In this document: piece after piece, positions 45,648 through 54,000 of the stretch | Layout: every line of letters begins with the position of its first letter | Numbering within the stretch: position 1 is the stretch's first letter | IMG/VR virus record: IMGVR_UViG_3300022745_000628 | Location: 1-64,000 of that record | DNA length: 64,000 nt | Origin: a virus | Reading direction: 5' to 3' (one strand) | Made by a program: the position numbers and the translations under genes | The notes under the pieces: generated by a model | Database searches by the model: none | The model's input: only the letters and a program-made list of their open reading frames with translations | Told to the model about the DNA's origin: nothing

Positions 45648-46021
45648 ACGTATGTGCTGAACGGGTAACAACAGCATGTCGTCAAGCGCTGTTGTCAGTG
45701 CATATGTCGGGTGGCGTGTGATATTGTTGCTAGTTTAGCACGGTACTCACACGCCACTTTAATACACTCTGGGTCGCAGTATCCAGAGCACGCGAGCGGG
45801 TAATGATTAACTTGAGACCGCAACTCAAGTCCCCGCTCGCTTCTTTTTAACTCGTACTGCTGTAGCCAACTGCGTTGCGGTACTGGCTACGATGTGGCAT
45901 GAGGCGCTGGGTGTTACCAGGTAATTACTTATTGTTTTCCATCCTATAAGTGATATCGGGAAAAACAACTGCGCATTTTGGCATGCGCAGTTGTCGGTAG
46001 CGCCCAGCGCTTTTTTTTTTT
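45648..46021 (+). ncRNA. Candidate novel multi-domain structured ncRNA (about 370 nt)
   Basis: At least 8 stems with G-U pairs, e.g. 45648-60/45695-707, 45711-21/45747-57, 45904-18/45996-46010; ends in T11. Confidence 0.65.
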
Positions 46022-46128
46022 GATTTGACCAACTGTTTAAAAGCGAGGATCGTTTTGACAACTTTTTATATGTCGTTTTGCATCATTCCAGCTAGTGCTC
46101 GGCAGCTGGCCATCACACAAGTGTGCAG

Positions 46129-46518
46129 ATGAGTGCCAAAGCAGGCTCAATAAAACGAATTCGTAATAGGATTGTAGCCGAGTTACAGCAGGATATCCTT
46201 GCGCAATCGGATGCGCAAAGTCTTTACATAATTAGCTATCCATCGGCTGAAACGGGATCGCAACCTATTTATAGATACTTTAACGGTAAGTTTGACGGGA
46301 CTGTGTCCACACACGACCTAGGTGCATTTTTGCAGGTGTGTCAATTGTTTATCCGTTTATCTAATAAAAATGTGCGAGTGATGCATCTCGGTAATATGCA
46401 GCCTTACACGCCGTTTAACCCAAAACTTGCTACGCAAGTAATATCCGGGTTTGAAACATGTGGAGACCTTTTTACACGCAAAGCGTTGATTGCGAAATAT
46501 GCTGTCATTTCAAAGTGA
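46129..46518 (+). CDS. Hypothetical protein
   Basis: ORF 46123..46518. Confidence 0.6.
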   Translation: MSAKAGSIKRIRNRIVAELQQDILAQSDAQSLYIISYPSAETGSQPIYRYFNGKFDGTVSTHDLGAFLQVCQLFIRLSNKNVRVMHLGNMQPYTPFNPKLATQVISGFETCGDLFTRKALIAKYAVISK

Positions 46519-46789
46519 CCGCGAACACGTGGTAAGGTATTTTAACAGTATGCGCTGGTCGCGTGTGCCTACCGGGTCTTGGCCAACGCGAAACATCACT
46601 GCTTTTGCACATATATTGTCTACGCGTTCCGTCGCTATAGCGGGTACCAACGCCTACTGGCTCGCGGCCAACATTAGAAACGATTCAGATAGTGCGCTGG
46701 AAGATTTATTTATCCGACGCAATGCGCGATTACCACAGGCGGTGTTTATATACTTACTCGCGCTACGCGCTGATGGTTTAGATGAATAA
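46490..46789 (+). CDS. Hypothetical protein
   Basis: Coupled ORF. Confidence 0.55.
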   Translation: MRNMLSFQSDREHVVRYFNSMRWSRVPTGSWPTRNITAFAHILSTRSVAIAGTNAYWLAANIRNDSDSALEDLFIRRNARLPQAVFIYLLALRADGLDE

Positions 46790-47180
46790 CCAAACCAGTT
46801 TTCAGCAGAATTTGCAGAGTGTGCTTGCGAACATGTATACCGTCATCCGATTTGCAGATACACGGCAAAACATTAACGTGTTTGGCCCGCAAGAAGCCAG
46901 CTATCAAATTAGAGATATCGATACTGGTAGATATGCGTTTGTGACGCACCAGTATTTATATTCGAAAGAAGGCATCGTAGTTTTAACGTGTAACGACTGG
47001 CCAGCGCTCGAGGAAGTGTGTGGGGCTACAGGTTTGGAATGGAATCCTACGAGCTCGAGTTTGGAGCGCATATTAACACAAAATGGTGTATCTGCGAATG
47101 TTAGCTCTGCGGAAATCGTTGGAGTAATAAGTCGCCCATTCGGGAACACATCGCACCTCGCGCGTTTACCGCAGCGATGA
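46782..47180 (+). CDS. Hypothetical protein
   Basis: 132-aa coupled ORF. Confidence 0.6.
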   Translation: MNNQTSFQQNLQSVLANMYTVIRFADTRQNINVFGPQEASYQIRDIDTGRYAFVTHQYLYSKEGIVVLTCNDWPALEEVCGATGLEWNPTSSSLERILTQNGVSANVSSAEIVGVISRPFGNTSHLARLPQR

Positions 47181-47242
47181 TGTTAGTTACGCACGTTTAT
47201 TCGTAATAGTTTTGTTCTTCATATTTAACGGGAGATGTCGCG

Positions 47243-47764
47243 ATGAGTACCAATGTTTTGACCTACAAGTCCGGTTGGGACAATTTCTTGGACCGTAATC
47301 GATTTGAATTATGGCCGGTGTACAAGAAAAAGAAGGCTGAGTTCTCGCTGAAAGATTGGGCGTTTGCCACAGAAAACGAGATAATGCGTATTGCTGGTGC
47401 GGTGGCTCCGGCAATGACTACATATTGTGACGGAACGAGAGAGTTTTTGGCAAAGCCTGTTTGGCATGCCCGGCAAATAATCGAGATTCCGGCGTCATGG
47501 CTGTTACCCGTCAATAAAAAAGGCCACGCGGCTTGGGGCACTTCGGACACCTGGGCGTTTATACTGTCCGAAGAAGGGTTTCAGAGGCATCGCGAACGAC
47601 TTGTAGCTGGGTTTATCGATGAAACACGTGCGCCGAGCTACATGTCATTTGACGCTTTTGAAATTGTAATCAAAAGTATGATTACTCGGTGGAAGCAGGT
47701 CGTTTCCTGCCGAACTGTCAAGATGTCGCGTTGTAAACAAGTTGAAACTGGAGCTATGGTATGA
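47243..47764 (+). CDS. Hypothetical protein, paralog of 47761..48153
   Basis: EIPASWLLPV..FILSEEG..VKMSRC. Confidence 0.7.
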   Translation: MSTNVLTYKSGWDNFLDRNRFELWPVYKKKKAEFSLKDWAFATENEIMRIAGAVAPAMTTYCDGTREFLAKPVWHARQIIEIPASWLLPVNKKGHAAWGTSDTWAFILSEEGFQRHRERLVAGFIDETRAPSYMSFDAFEIVIKSMITRWKQVVSCRTVKMSRCKQVETGAMV

Positions 47765-48153
47765 AAGTGCGTATGCGGGCTTGGGATATGTTTATGGATG
47801 ATCCGTCTGCGGACGAATATCCAATTGCGCGGGATCCTTATTGCGGAGACCGGATCGCGATGGGTATCGTAGATAGATCGGCAGGAGCATCCACATTGGA
47901 TATACCCGACAACTGGTTACTACCGGTCGGAGATGGCGGAGAATTGCACGCTCCGACGGATAGACACAACATTATCGGATTCATACTGTCGGCGCAAGGA
48001 TTGATCGACAACTACAAGCGCATACGTAACGGTTTTAATCGACAGCAAAAAACTGGGTTTGAAGCGTACGTGCTTTTAACACTCGAGAACGACTGTAGTT
48101 ATAAGGAAGCTACCGCGCGCAAGATTCAAATGTCACGATGCGTGCCATATTGA
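47761..48153 (+). CDS. Hypothetical protein, paralog of 47243..47764
   Basis: DIPDNWLLPV..FILSAQG..IQMSRC. Confidence 0.7.
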   Translation: MKVRMRAWDMFMDDPSADEYPIARDPYCGDRIAMGIVDRSAGASTLDIPDNWLLPVGDGGELHAPTDRHNIIGFILSAQGLIDNYKRIRNGFNRQQKTGFEAYVLLTLENDCSYKEATARKIQMSRCVPY

Positions 48154-48366
48154 TTTGCACCTCGTAGTTGGCCGTCGTATAGGCTTATTTTTGAAAAGGT
48201 AGGGTATTCAACGAAAGTGAGTGCGCCGCCTGCGGGGTAGCGGCAATAACTGTTTGCGCGGACAACCGCCAAAGCATTGTCGCATTCCTCAAAGATTGCG
48301 ACATTAGCGACTATACCATTTGTGCTAATGATGTCGTACAGCAGACACTTTAATCTGTCTGAGCGG

Positions 48367-48408
48367 CCAGGTTGCGGATCTGTAAAAGGATCCGCAACTT
48401 GGTTTTTT
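48367..48408 (+). terminator. Intrinsic terminator
   Basis: GTTGCGGATC/GATCCGCAAC stem plus T tract. Confidence 0.7.
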
Positions 48409-48422
48409 AGCTATCAGCTACT

Positions 48423-48458
48423 AGCTAAATTGCGAATAAATACGCGTCATATATAGTG
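48423..48458 (+). promoter_or_regulatory. Bipartite phage promoter motif, copy 5
   Basis: CTAAAT at 48425, GCGTC at 48444; 36 bp identical to 48985-49020. Confidence 0.8.
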
Positions 48459-48508
48459 AGAATGACTTAGCATTTTGCGAGGTCGATAATTTAACATAGG
48501 AAACTATC

Positions 48509-48898
48509 ATGCGTATCGAAGCACTACTAATCGAAAAAAGCGGCGGCATCATTTGCGAGAAACTCGCAAGCCCAAAATACCCACAAAATGTGGGTAAGAT
48601 ACGCTGCGTAGGTGGGCGACGAGAACCGGGGGAAACTCCGGCGGATACCATCATCCGAGAGCTTAAGGAAGAATACGGCATTAAAATCCTACGCACGGAT
48701 ATTGGAGAAGAGCTGGGTCCGGGCCGTATAGGTACACGAAGGTTCGCAGTGTCGGCACCAATAGGAATCGTTGGACGAGCGAGTCTCGAAGGCGGCTGGT
48801 CACAGTTAGTCCGTGTTGCAGCGGACGCTGTTCCGGAAATGTGGCAACGAGAAGAAGCTGGCGTGCAGGCATACACCGCTACACCGTTAGGGAGATAG
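48509..48898 (+). CDS. Nudix hydrolase
   Basis: Nudix box GGRREPGETPADTIIRELKEEYGI. Confidence 0.9.
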   Translation: MRIEALLIEKSGGIICEKLASPKYPQNVGKIRCVGGRREPGETPADTIIRELKEEYGIKILRTDIGEELGPGRIGTRRFAVSAPIGIVGRASLEGGWSQLVRVAADAVPEMWQREEAGVQAYTATPLGR

Positions 48899-48935
48899 GT
48901 ATAAAGAACTGGACGGCTGACGACGTTTCAAATTT

Positions 48936-48971
48936 AAAAGCCTTCGCCCGCAAGGGTGCGAGGCTTTTTTT
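48936..48971 (+). terminator. Intrinsic terminator
   Basis: AAGCC..GCAA loop..GGCTT plus T7. Confidence 0.8.
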
Positions 48972-48984
48972 AGCTATTCATCCC

Positions 48985-49020
48985 AGCTAAATTGCGAATA
49001 AATACGCGTCATATATAGTG
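48985..49020 (+). promoter_or_regulatory. Bipartite phage promoter motif, copy 6
   Basis: CTAAAT at 48987, GCGTC at 49006. Confidence 0.8.
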
Positions 49021-49095
49021 GAGATAGCCTTACATTCGGTTGGCTGTCTATGTTTTTAGTTCTTGGTAAGCGTGCCAGCTGTAAAGGATATTATT

Positions 49096-49632
49096 ATGAA
49101 ATACGAACTAACCACCGAGTCTCGAGTAGCTACTGCAGGGGCTACCGTTTACCGCATCAAGGCTTTACGTGATATCCCGGAAGCCGGGATACGGGCAGGG
49201 GATTTGGGCGGATTCGTGGAATCCGCCTCAAATCTAAGCCAAGAGGGCGCTTGTTGGGTTACCGGGAATGCCCTGGTTACCGGGAATGCCCTGGTTACCG
49301 GGAATGCCAAGGTTTTCGGGAATGCCAAGGTTTACGGGGATGCCAGGGTTTACGGGGATGCCATGGTTTGCTGGAATGCCAAGGTTTTCGGGAATGCCAG
49401 GGTTTCCGGGAATGCCAGGGTTACCAAAACCCCTATTTCCATTGACGGGCTACGCTATCAAGTGACTATCACAGATAGTCACCTGATTATCGGTTGTCAA
49501 ATCCATACCCCGGCGGAATGGGAAGCCTTTACCGATGATGATATTGCCCGAATGGACGGCGAACGGGCTATCGAGTTTTGGGGTACTTGGAAGCGGGTAT
49601 TGCTAGATGCCGCTTCGCGCCACTGTGTTTAA
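49096..49632 (+). CDS. Phage hexapeptide-repeat (left-handed beta-helix) protein
   Basis: YRIKALRD..GDLGGFVES..NLSQ.G.CWV followed by [VT]xGNAx repeats. Confidence 0.85.
   Translation: MKYELTTESRVATAGATVYRIKALRDIPEAGIRAGDLGGFVESASNLSQEGACWVTGNALVTGNALVTGNAKVFGNAKVYGDARVYGDAMVCWNAKVFGNARVSGNARVTKTPISIDGLRYQVTITDSHLIIGCQIHTPAEWEAFTDDDIARMDGERAIEFWGTWKRVLLDAASRHCV
49255..49425 (+). repeat. 18-bp tandem coding repeat
   Basis: GGTTACCGGGAATGCCCT-like units encoding hexapeptides. Confidence 0.85.
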
Positions 49633-49637
49633 GAAAG

Positions 49638-49666
49638 AAGCCAGTACTTCGGTACAGGCTTTTTTT
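49638..49666 (+). terminator. Intrinsic terminator
   Basis: AAGCC-AGTAC-TTCG-GTAC-AGGCTT plus T tract. Confidence 0.8.
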
Positions 49667-49680
49667 AGCTATCAGCCGCC

Positions 49681-49716
49681 AGCTAAATCCGACTTGAATA
49701 TGCGTCATATATAGTG
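49681..49716 (+). promoter_or_regulatory. Bipartite phage promoter motif, copy 7
   Basis: CTAAAT at 49683, GCGTCATATATAGTG at 49702. Confidence 0.8.
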
Positions 49717-49755
49717 AGTACGGATTTACAAATTCGAAAATAGTGGAGCATACCC

Positions 49756-50031
49756 ATGTTACATACATTACCTATAGTCGTCAAAATCGTCATACACCAG
49801 AATGGCACACATTACAACCAGCACATGCGGCTGGAACAGGCCATGAAACTGATAGACGATTTCGATGCAACGGAATCCGAATATGACTATGCGTACCTAG
49901 AACAACCCGAGTCTTACGCCGATTACGGACTAAGACATTGGTCAAAGAATACACCCTCGTATCTAAGCATCGGAAGACGATGCACGACGGTTGACCAGAC
50001 CAAACTGACCGAATTGTCGCTGACTCGGTAA
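49756..50031 (+). CDS. Hypothetical protein
   Basis: GGAG RBS; third single-gene cassette. Confidence 0.65.
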   Translation: MLHTLPIVVKIVIHQNGTHYNQHMRLEQAMKLIDDFDATESEYDYAYLEQPESYADYGLRHWSKNTPSYLSIGRRCTTVDQTKLTELSLTR

Positions 50032-50235
50032 AAATCATTGATTTCCCAAATTAATGATTTTGAATTTTATTTAGGTAAATCTAAATAATGTTCAATAAAT
50101 CCAGGGATATTGCGTATAGTTTGTGGTGAAGATAGCCAAAGGCTGTTGATTTCTCAACAGCTTATTTGCTTAGGCGGTAGTTAAGTACCGCTTAATTGTT
50201 GTTTGCGGGGCGCGACCCTGCGACCGTTATTTTTT

Positions 50236-50259
50236 TAGCTATCAGCCCATTGGTAGAAT
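50236..50259 (+). promoter_or_regulatory. Putative class-II promoter TAGCTA-N12-TAGAAT
   Basis: Matches 6371-6394; precedes AAGGAG RBS. Confidence 0.4.
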
Positions 50260-50285
50260 TGAATTTCAAGGAGAGATAATTACCA

Positions 50286-51290
50286 ATGCAAAAACTAGTT
50301 ATTTGGCAAACTGTTCCAGCAGCAGTCCAGAAAAGATACAAGATTGCTCGAGCGATACAGTCACGTGTTTATAACCATGACTGCGATGTACTTTGGCAAC
50401 CTGATACTGATTTGGTGGTAGTTAACTACGTAACTGAGCCATTGATTAAGGTTGCGTTACCAAAAAATTTCGAAATATTTGAGACTAAAAACGCCCAAGA
50501 ATTCGAAAATATCAGGAATTCTACGCAAATCGTGATCAAGCTTTCAAGTTTTTTGGAAGACGTTCCGGTTTCGATTGTGTCTGCGCCGCATAAAGCATTT
50601 GGTAAGTTGTTTGGCGGTCCATCTGCGTTAACTAATTCGATTGTGTCTGGCGCGATTGGAGCTGGTTCTGGTTATGCTGCTGGGCATCTTATGGCTAATT
50701 TGTTACCAGAAGAATATGTAAAGCGTAAGAACTTCGCTAAGTATTTCGCGATGATGGGTGGATTAGGCGGAGCAGCTATTCATTTACCGGAATATTTGGC
50801 TAATCTAAAAAATGGTAATGGTTTAGTCAATTCGGCGATTAAGCCACATTCTCAGCAATATGCTAACCCAAACAACTATATTTTGCAGAAGTATTTAGCC
50901 GGTGAGAAGGTAGCGGAGTATGACGGACCTTACCGTAAATCGGTTACTGGCTTAAATACTTACAACGATCCTATTCCGGTTGATAGGTTTAATCGAGTTA
51001 TTTGGTCAAACGCAGGTGATAATCCTGGGATGACACCTCCGCCGGTTGCAGCTGCTACTTCTGGTTTGGTTACTGGTATTTCCCAGATGTATGGAAATCC
51101 GAGTATTTTGACACCCAAACACTTTATTAATGGAATGGTTGCCGCTGGTGTTGATGTTGCTACGGCGCACGTTGCTGGCGGAGCTCTTGGCGCTTTAGGT
51201 ATTTTGACACCTCAAGCTCAGCAGCAGCTTAAACAGATTGGATTGTGGAGCGGGATTCTGCGTGGCGTAACTGCTTCCGTGTTTAAATGA
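50286..51290 (+). CDS. Putative virion protein with Gly/Ala-rich hydrophobic segments
   Basis: GAIGAGSGYAAG, MMGGLGGAA; IKLS and EKVA motifs. Confidence 0.6.
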   Translation: MQKLVIWQTVPAAVQKRYKIARAIQSRVYNHDCDVLWQPDTDLVVVNYVTEPLIKVALPKNFEIFETKNAQEFENIRNSTQIVIKLSSFLEDVPVSIVSAPHKAFGKLFGGPSALTNSIVSGAIGAGSGYAAGHLMANLLPEEYVKRKNFAKYFAMMGGLGGAAIHLPEYLANLKNGNGLVNSAIKPHSQQYANPNNYILQKYLAGEKVAEYDGPYRKSVTGLNTYNDPIPVDRFNRVIWSNAGDNPGMTPPPVAAATSGLVTGISQMYGNPSILTPKHFINGMVAAGVDVATAHVAGGALGALGILTPQAQQQLKQIGLWSGILRGVTASVFK

Positions 51291-51332
51291 TTTGAGTTAA
51301 GCTTTTAGCCAGGAAGGGAGATTATTTTCGAT

Positions 51333-52142
51333 ATGTCGCAAAAGTTTAACAATGGCGATTACGTTCAAGCCACGGGTGTTTTCATTCAGTATTTAGAGTC
51401 CAAAGAAGAATTCCGTATATTTGCGGAAGCTTTGGATAAATCGAAGAATGTTATGCGCATTCTGACTATCAGTCCTAAAGAAACTGAGATTAAGACGTTT
51501 GCTGGCCCCAAGCAGATGGTTTTAACGCTTCCGACGCGGTATTTAGATACGATGCTTAAACCTTATAAAGGAACTCCGGTCATGGCTGATAATGAATTTG
51601 ATAATTCTGGATCTTCCAATCCAGCGCTCGAAGATGTTCCGGCCGTAGTTGAGAATGCCAATATCGTGTTAAACACGTTTCTTAATTACAAGATTGAGAT
51701 GGCCAATCACGCTGTTGACACATATCGGTTTATTAAAGAACTGCATGTGGATTTAGCGGTCGCGAATGCTCCGACTAACGAGCATTTTTTCGAAAAAGGG
51801 CCGATCGAGATACGGTTATCCGAAAAAGAACAGAAACTCGAGGATGCCGCGCTTGATGTATTGCTTATGTATTTTGCGGTACAGCAGGGTAATTACAAAG
51901 AGTTGTTGCAAGACGAGATTGGCGAATGTTTACAGGAGATGAAAGCACAAGAACAGGCAAAACCAGTTCCGCCGGTAGTAAACCCCGAAACTTTCGGTAT
52001 GACCAGCGCTTTGGTTATGAGCGAATACATTCCTACCGATTTGGATGCCGACTTGTGTGATAGCGCAGATTACTCGGATCCGGATGACGAAGATGAAGAT
52101 TGGGATGAATATTCCGGGGACGGTCCGCCTGACGGCGTGTAG
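51333..52142 (+). CDS. Hypothetical protein with acidic C-terminal tail
   Basis: DPDDEDEDWDEY tail. Confidence 0.65.
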   Translation: MSQKFNNGDYVQATGVFIQYLESKEEFRIFAEALDKSKNVMRILTISPKETEIKTFAGPKQMVLTLPTRYLDTMLKPYKGTPVMADNEFDNSGSSNPALEDVPAVVENANIVLNTFLNYKIEMANHAVDTYRFIKELHVDLAVANAPTNEHFFEKGPIEIRLSEKEQKLEDAALDVLLMYFAVQQGNYKELLQDEIGECLQEMKAQEQAKPVPPVVNPETFGMTSALVMSEYIPTDLDADLCDSADYSDPDDEDEDWDEYSGDGPPDGV

Positions 52143-52179
52143 TTATTCCCAGAATTATTGATAGCTAAATAAATATTTT

Positions 52180-52211
52180 GCGGCTAGTCCATTACCGGAC
52201 TAGCCGTTTTT
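52180..52211 (+). terminator. Intrinsic terminator
   Basis: CGGCTAGTCC/GGACTAGCCG plus T5. Confidence 0.8.
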
Positions 52212-52238
52212 CGTTTGAGTCAGTCCTATAATAACGGT

Positions 52239-52427
52239 ATGAAGACCTTATTCGATAAATTGCGATCCATATTTATTAAATCGGTAAACGCTCCCGACGC
52301 GGACGAGCTTTCAGCTAAAATAGCGTGGGCTGTAGTGCGCAGTTACGCGGCAATAGTTTGGCACAGAATTGCCTTGCCGCTGCTTAAATCTTTTTGGGAG
52401 GCAGTTAAACGATCATGGAAACGATAG
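52239..52427 (+). CDS. Small amphipathic/membrane protein
   Basis: 62 aa, Trp/Lys-rich. Confidence 0.5.
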   Translation: MKTLFDKLRSIFIKSVNAPDADELSAKIAWAVVRSYAAIVWHRIALPLLKSFWEAVKRSWKR

Positions 52428-52687
52428 CCAAGTACTTTCATTTGATTATTGGCATGATTACGGCGATGTTTCTAGCTAATATTGCCGGATTCTTGTTGCA
52501 CGCCGTTGGCGGGCATTTGTTGTTTGGCGCAGAGCCAGATCCGACCAGTACACAGTTTTGGCTGTTGGCCACAGATGCTGGGAAATCCGCAGTACAATTT
52601 TTTGTTGCGCTAGGTACTTTCTCTACCTTCGCAATTTGGACACTTCTTCGCCGAATAATCGGCAAGTTACTTTACAAGGGAGCTTAA
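52415..52687 (+). CDS. Two-TM membrane protein (holin-like size)
   Basis: 90 aa, 2 TM segments, basic C-terminus. Confidence 0.55.
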   Translation: METIAKYFHLIIGMITAMFLANIAGFLLHAVGGHLLFGAEPDPTSTQFWLLATDAGKSAVQFFVALGTFSTFAIWTLLRRIIGKLLYKGA

Positions 52688-52688
52688 T

Positions 52689-53372
52689 GTGAAACGGTCG
52701 TACAAGAAACGAGTAACAGTTAGTAAGAAATCGCCGACGGTTATGAAAGTCGAAGCAGATCCGGTAGTCGAGGTTTCGGCAGATCCTGTTGTTGATCCAG
52801 CGCCAGTTGTTGATCCAGCTCCGTTGACGGCTGACGAGTTGTCGGATGCAGCTAACGCTGTTACCGATGTGCCTAAAGCGCAGACGATGCAGATTCAATG
52901 GCAAAATTTGGTGATTATCGGTTTGATTGGTGTGCTTGTTTGGTTGGTTTACACCAGCTACACACATCAAAAAACCGATAAGAAACCGTTACCGCCAAAC
53001 GTTCCGGTTGTACCAGCGGATGATACTGCTGATTTGACTAGTGCAGCTAAGGCAGCGCTTAACGGAGACAAAGAAGCGGCAGCGTTCTACAGCGACTTGT
53101 CTGCACGAATTGCCGATGTTTTGGAGATTGACGGTAAAGAAGCTGCTCCACGGCTTACCATGAAAGAACAAGTCCTCGAAGTGTTCCATGCCGATATCGG
53201 CCGGTTTGCTCGAATACCGGGTGCAAGTAACCCGGCGCTAGGCAAGTTTTTGACTGATACCGTGTCGCAAGACATGCCAGCCAAAGTCGGAAAGCTATCA
53301 GCCGAGGACCGTGCTGATATTGTCAAGAAGTGGCGCCTTTTGTCGGAGGTTTTCCAAAAAGCCTCCAAGTAG
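52689..53372 (+). CDS. Membrane-anchored protein with Pro-rich linkers
   Basis: Central TM (LVIIGLIGVLVWLVY), DPVV repeats. Confidence 0.7.
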   Translation: MKRSYKKRVTVSKKSPTVMKVEADPVVEVSADPVVDPAPVVDPAPLTADELSDAANAVTDVPKAQTMQIQWQNLVIIGLIGVLVWLVYTSYTHQKTDKKPLPPNVPVVPADDTADLTSAAKAALNGDKEAAAFYSDLSARIADVLEIDGKEAAPRLTMKEQVLEVFHADIGRFARIPGASNPALGKFLTDTVSQDMPAKVGKLSAEDRADIVKKWRLLSEVFQKASK

Positions 53373-53401
53373 TGTTCGTTTACCCGCAAAGGATTGCGGT
53401 A

Positions 53402-53974
53402 ATGGATCTTACAAGAAAATCACTAACGTATTTTGCATCAGGTACGTTAGTGACTATGTGTGACGGAGCGATGATGCCAGTACAGCGTTTACGACCTGGT
53501 GACTCTATTTTGAGCCATACAGCCCAAAAAACGTTGGTATTATCGACCAAAACAGTTCGTACAAGCGGTACTATCCTGAGCGTTAAGGTGTTGGGACCGT
53601 ACCAAAAACTAAGAACCAACACTTTTCAACGATTTGCGCACTATCCAAATGTATTACACGACAACCACTTGGAACAGTACTTCGTTAATTGGACGCCTGC
53701 AGGCGAGCTTAGCGAAGGTAATCATGTGCTACTTCCTTGGATTGCCGCAAATCGCACCAAGTTTTTTGATGACTACCTTCAGCCCATTACACCTGGTTCC
53801 GATATCAAGATGCCAGCGGTAACTGTGAAAGCATGCGCATTTGGATTGTTATGCCCGGTTGTGGACATAACTGCCCACGAGCTCACCAACGAAAAATTTT
53901 ACATGGTTGCACTAAGCGGCGAAGGAACACTAATCGCCAACGGTATAGCCACTCAAGCATCCGAAACTTTTTAG
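53402..53974 (+). CDS. Stand-alone degenerate Hint domain protein
   Basis: YFASGTLVTMCDG..LRPGDSILSH..FYMVALSGEGTLIANGI; lacks Cys1 and terminal His-Asn. Confidence 0.75.
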   Translation: MDLTRKSLTYFASGTLVTMCDGAMMPVQRLRPGDSILSHTAQKTLVLSTKTVRTSGTILSVKVLGPYQKLRTNTFQRFAHYPNVLHDNHLEQYFVNWTPAGELSEGNHVLLPWIAANRTKFFDDYLQPITPGSDIKMPAVTVKACAFGLLCPVVDITAHELTNEKFYMVALSGEGTLIANGIATQASETF

Positions 53975-54000
53975 CTAACGCAATTTAATCGAGGCCAAAC

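Noticed and set aside
45648-46021. tmRNA, RNase P or tRNA
   Set aside because: No tRNA-like acceptor/T-arm ends, no GAGGAAAGTCC-type P4 motif and no cloverleaf.
48150-48350. Short minus-strand ORF (LKCLLYDII..LPFQK)
   Set aside because: Looks plausibly coding but has no good start codon and is under 60 aa.
49251-49465. Alternative-frame ORFs (GYRECP.. and MPWLPG..)
   Set aside because: Artefacts of the stop-free 18-bp tandem repeat inside the hexapeptide gene.
53972-53995. Third class-II promoter (TTTTTAGCTA)
   Set aside because: No TAnAAT hexamer at the 12-nt spacing.
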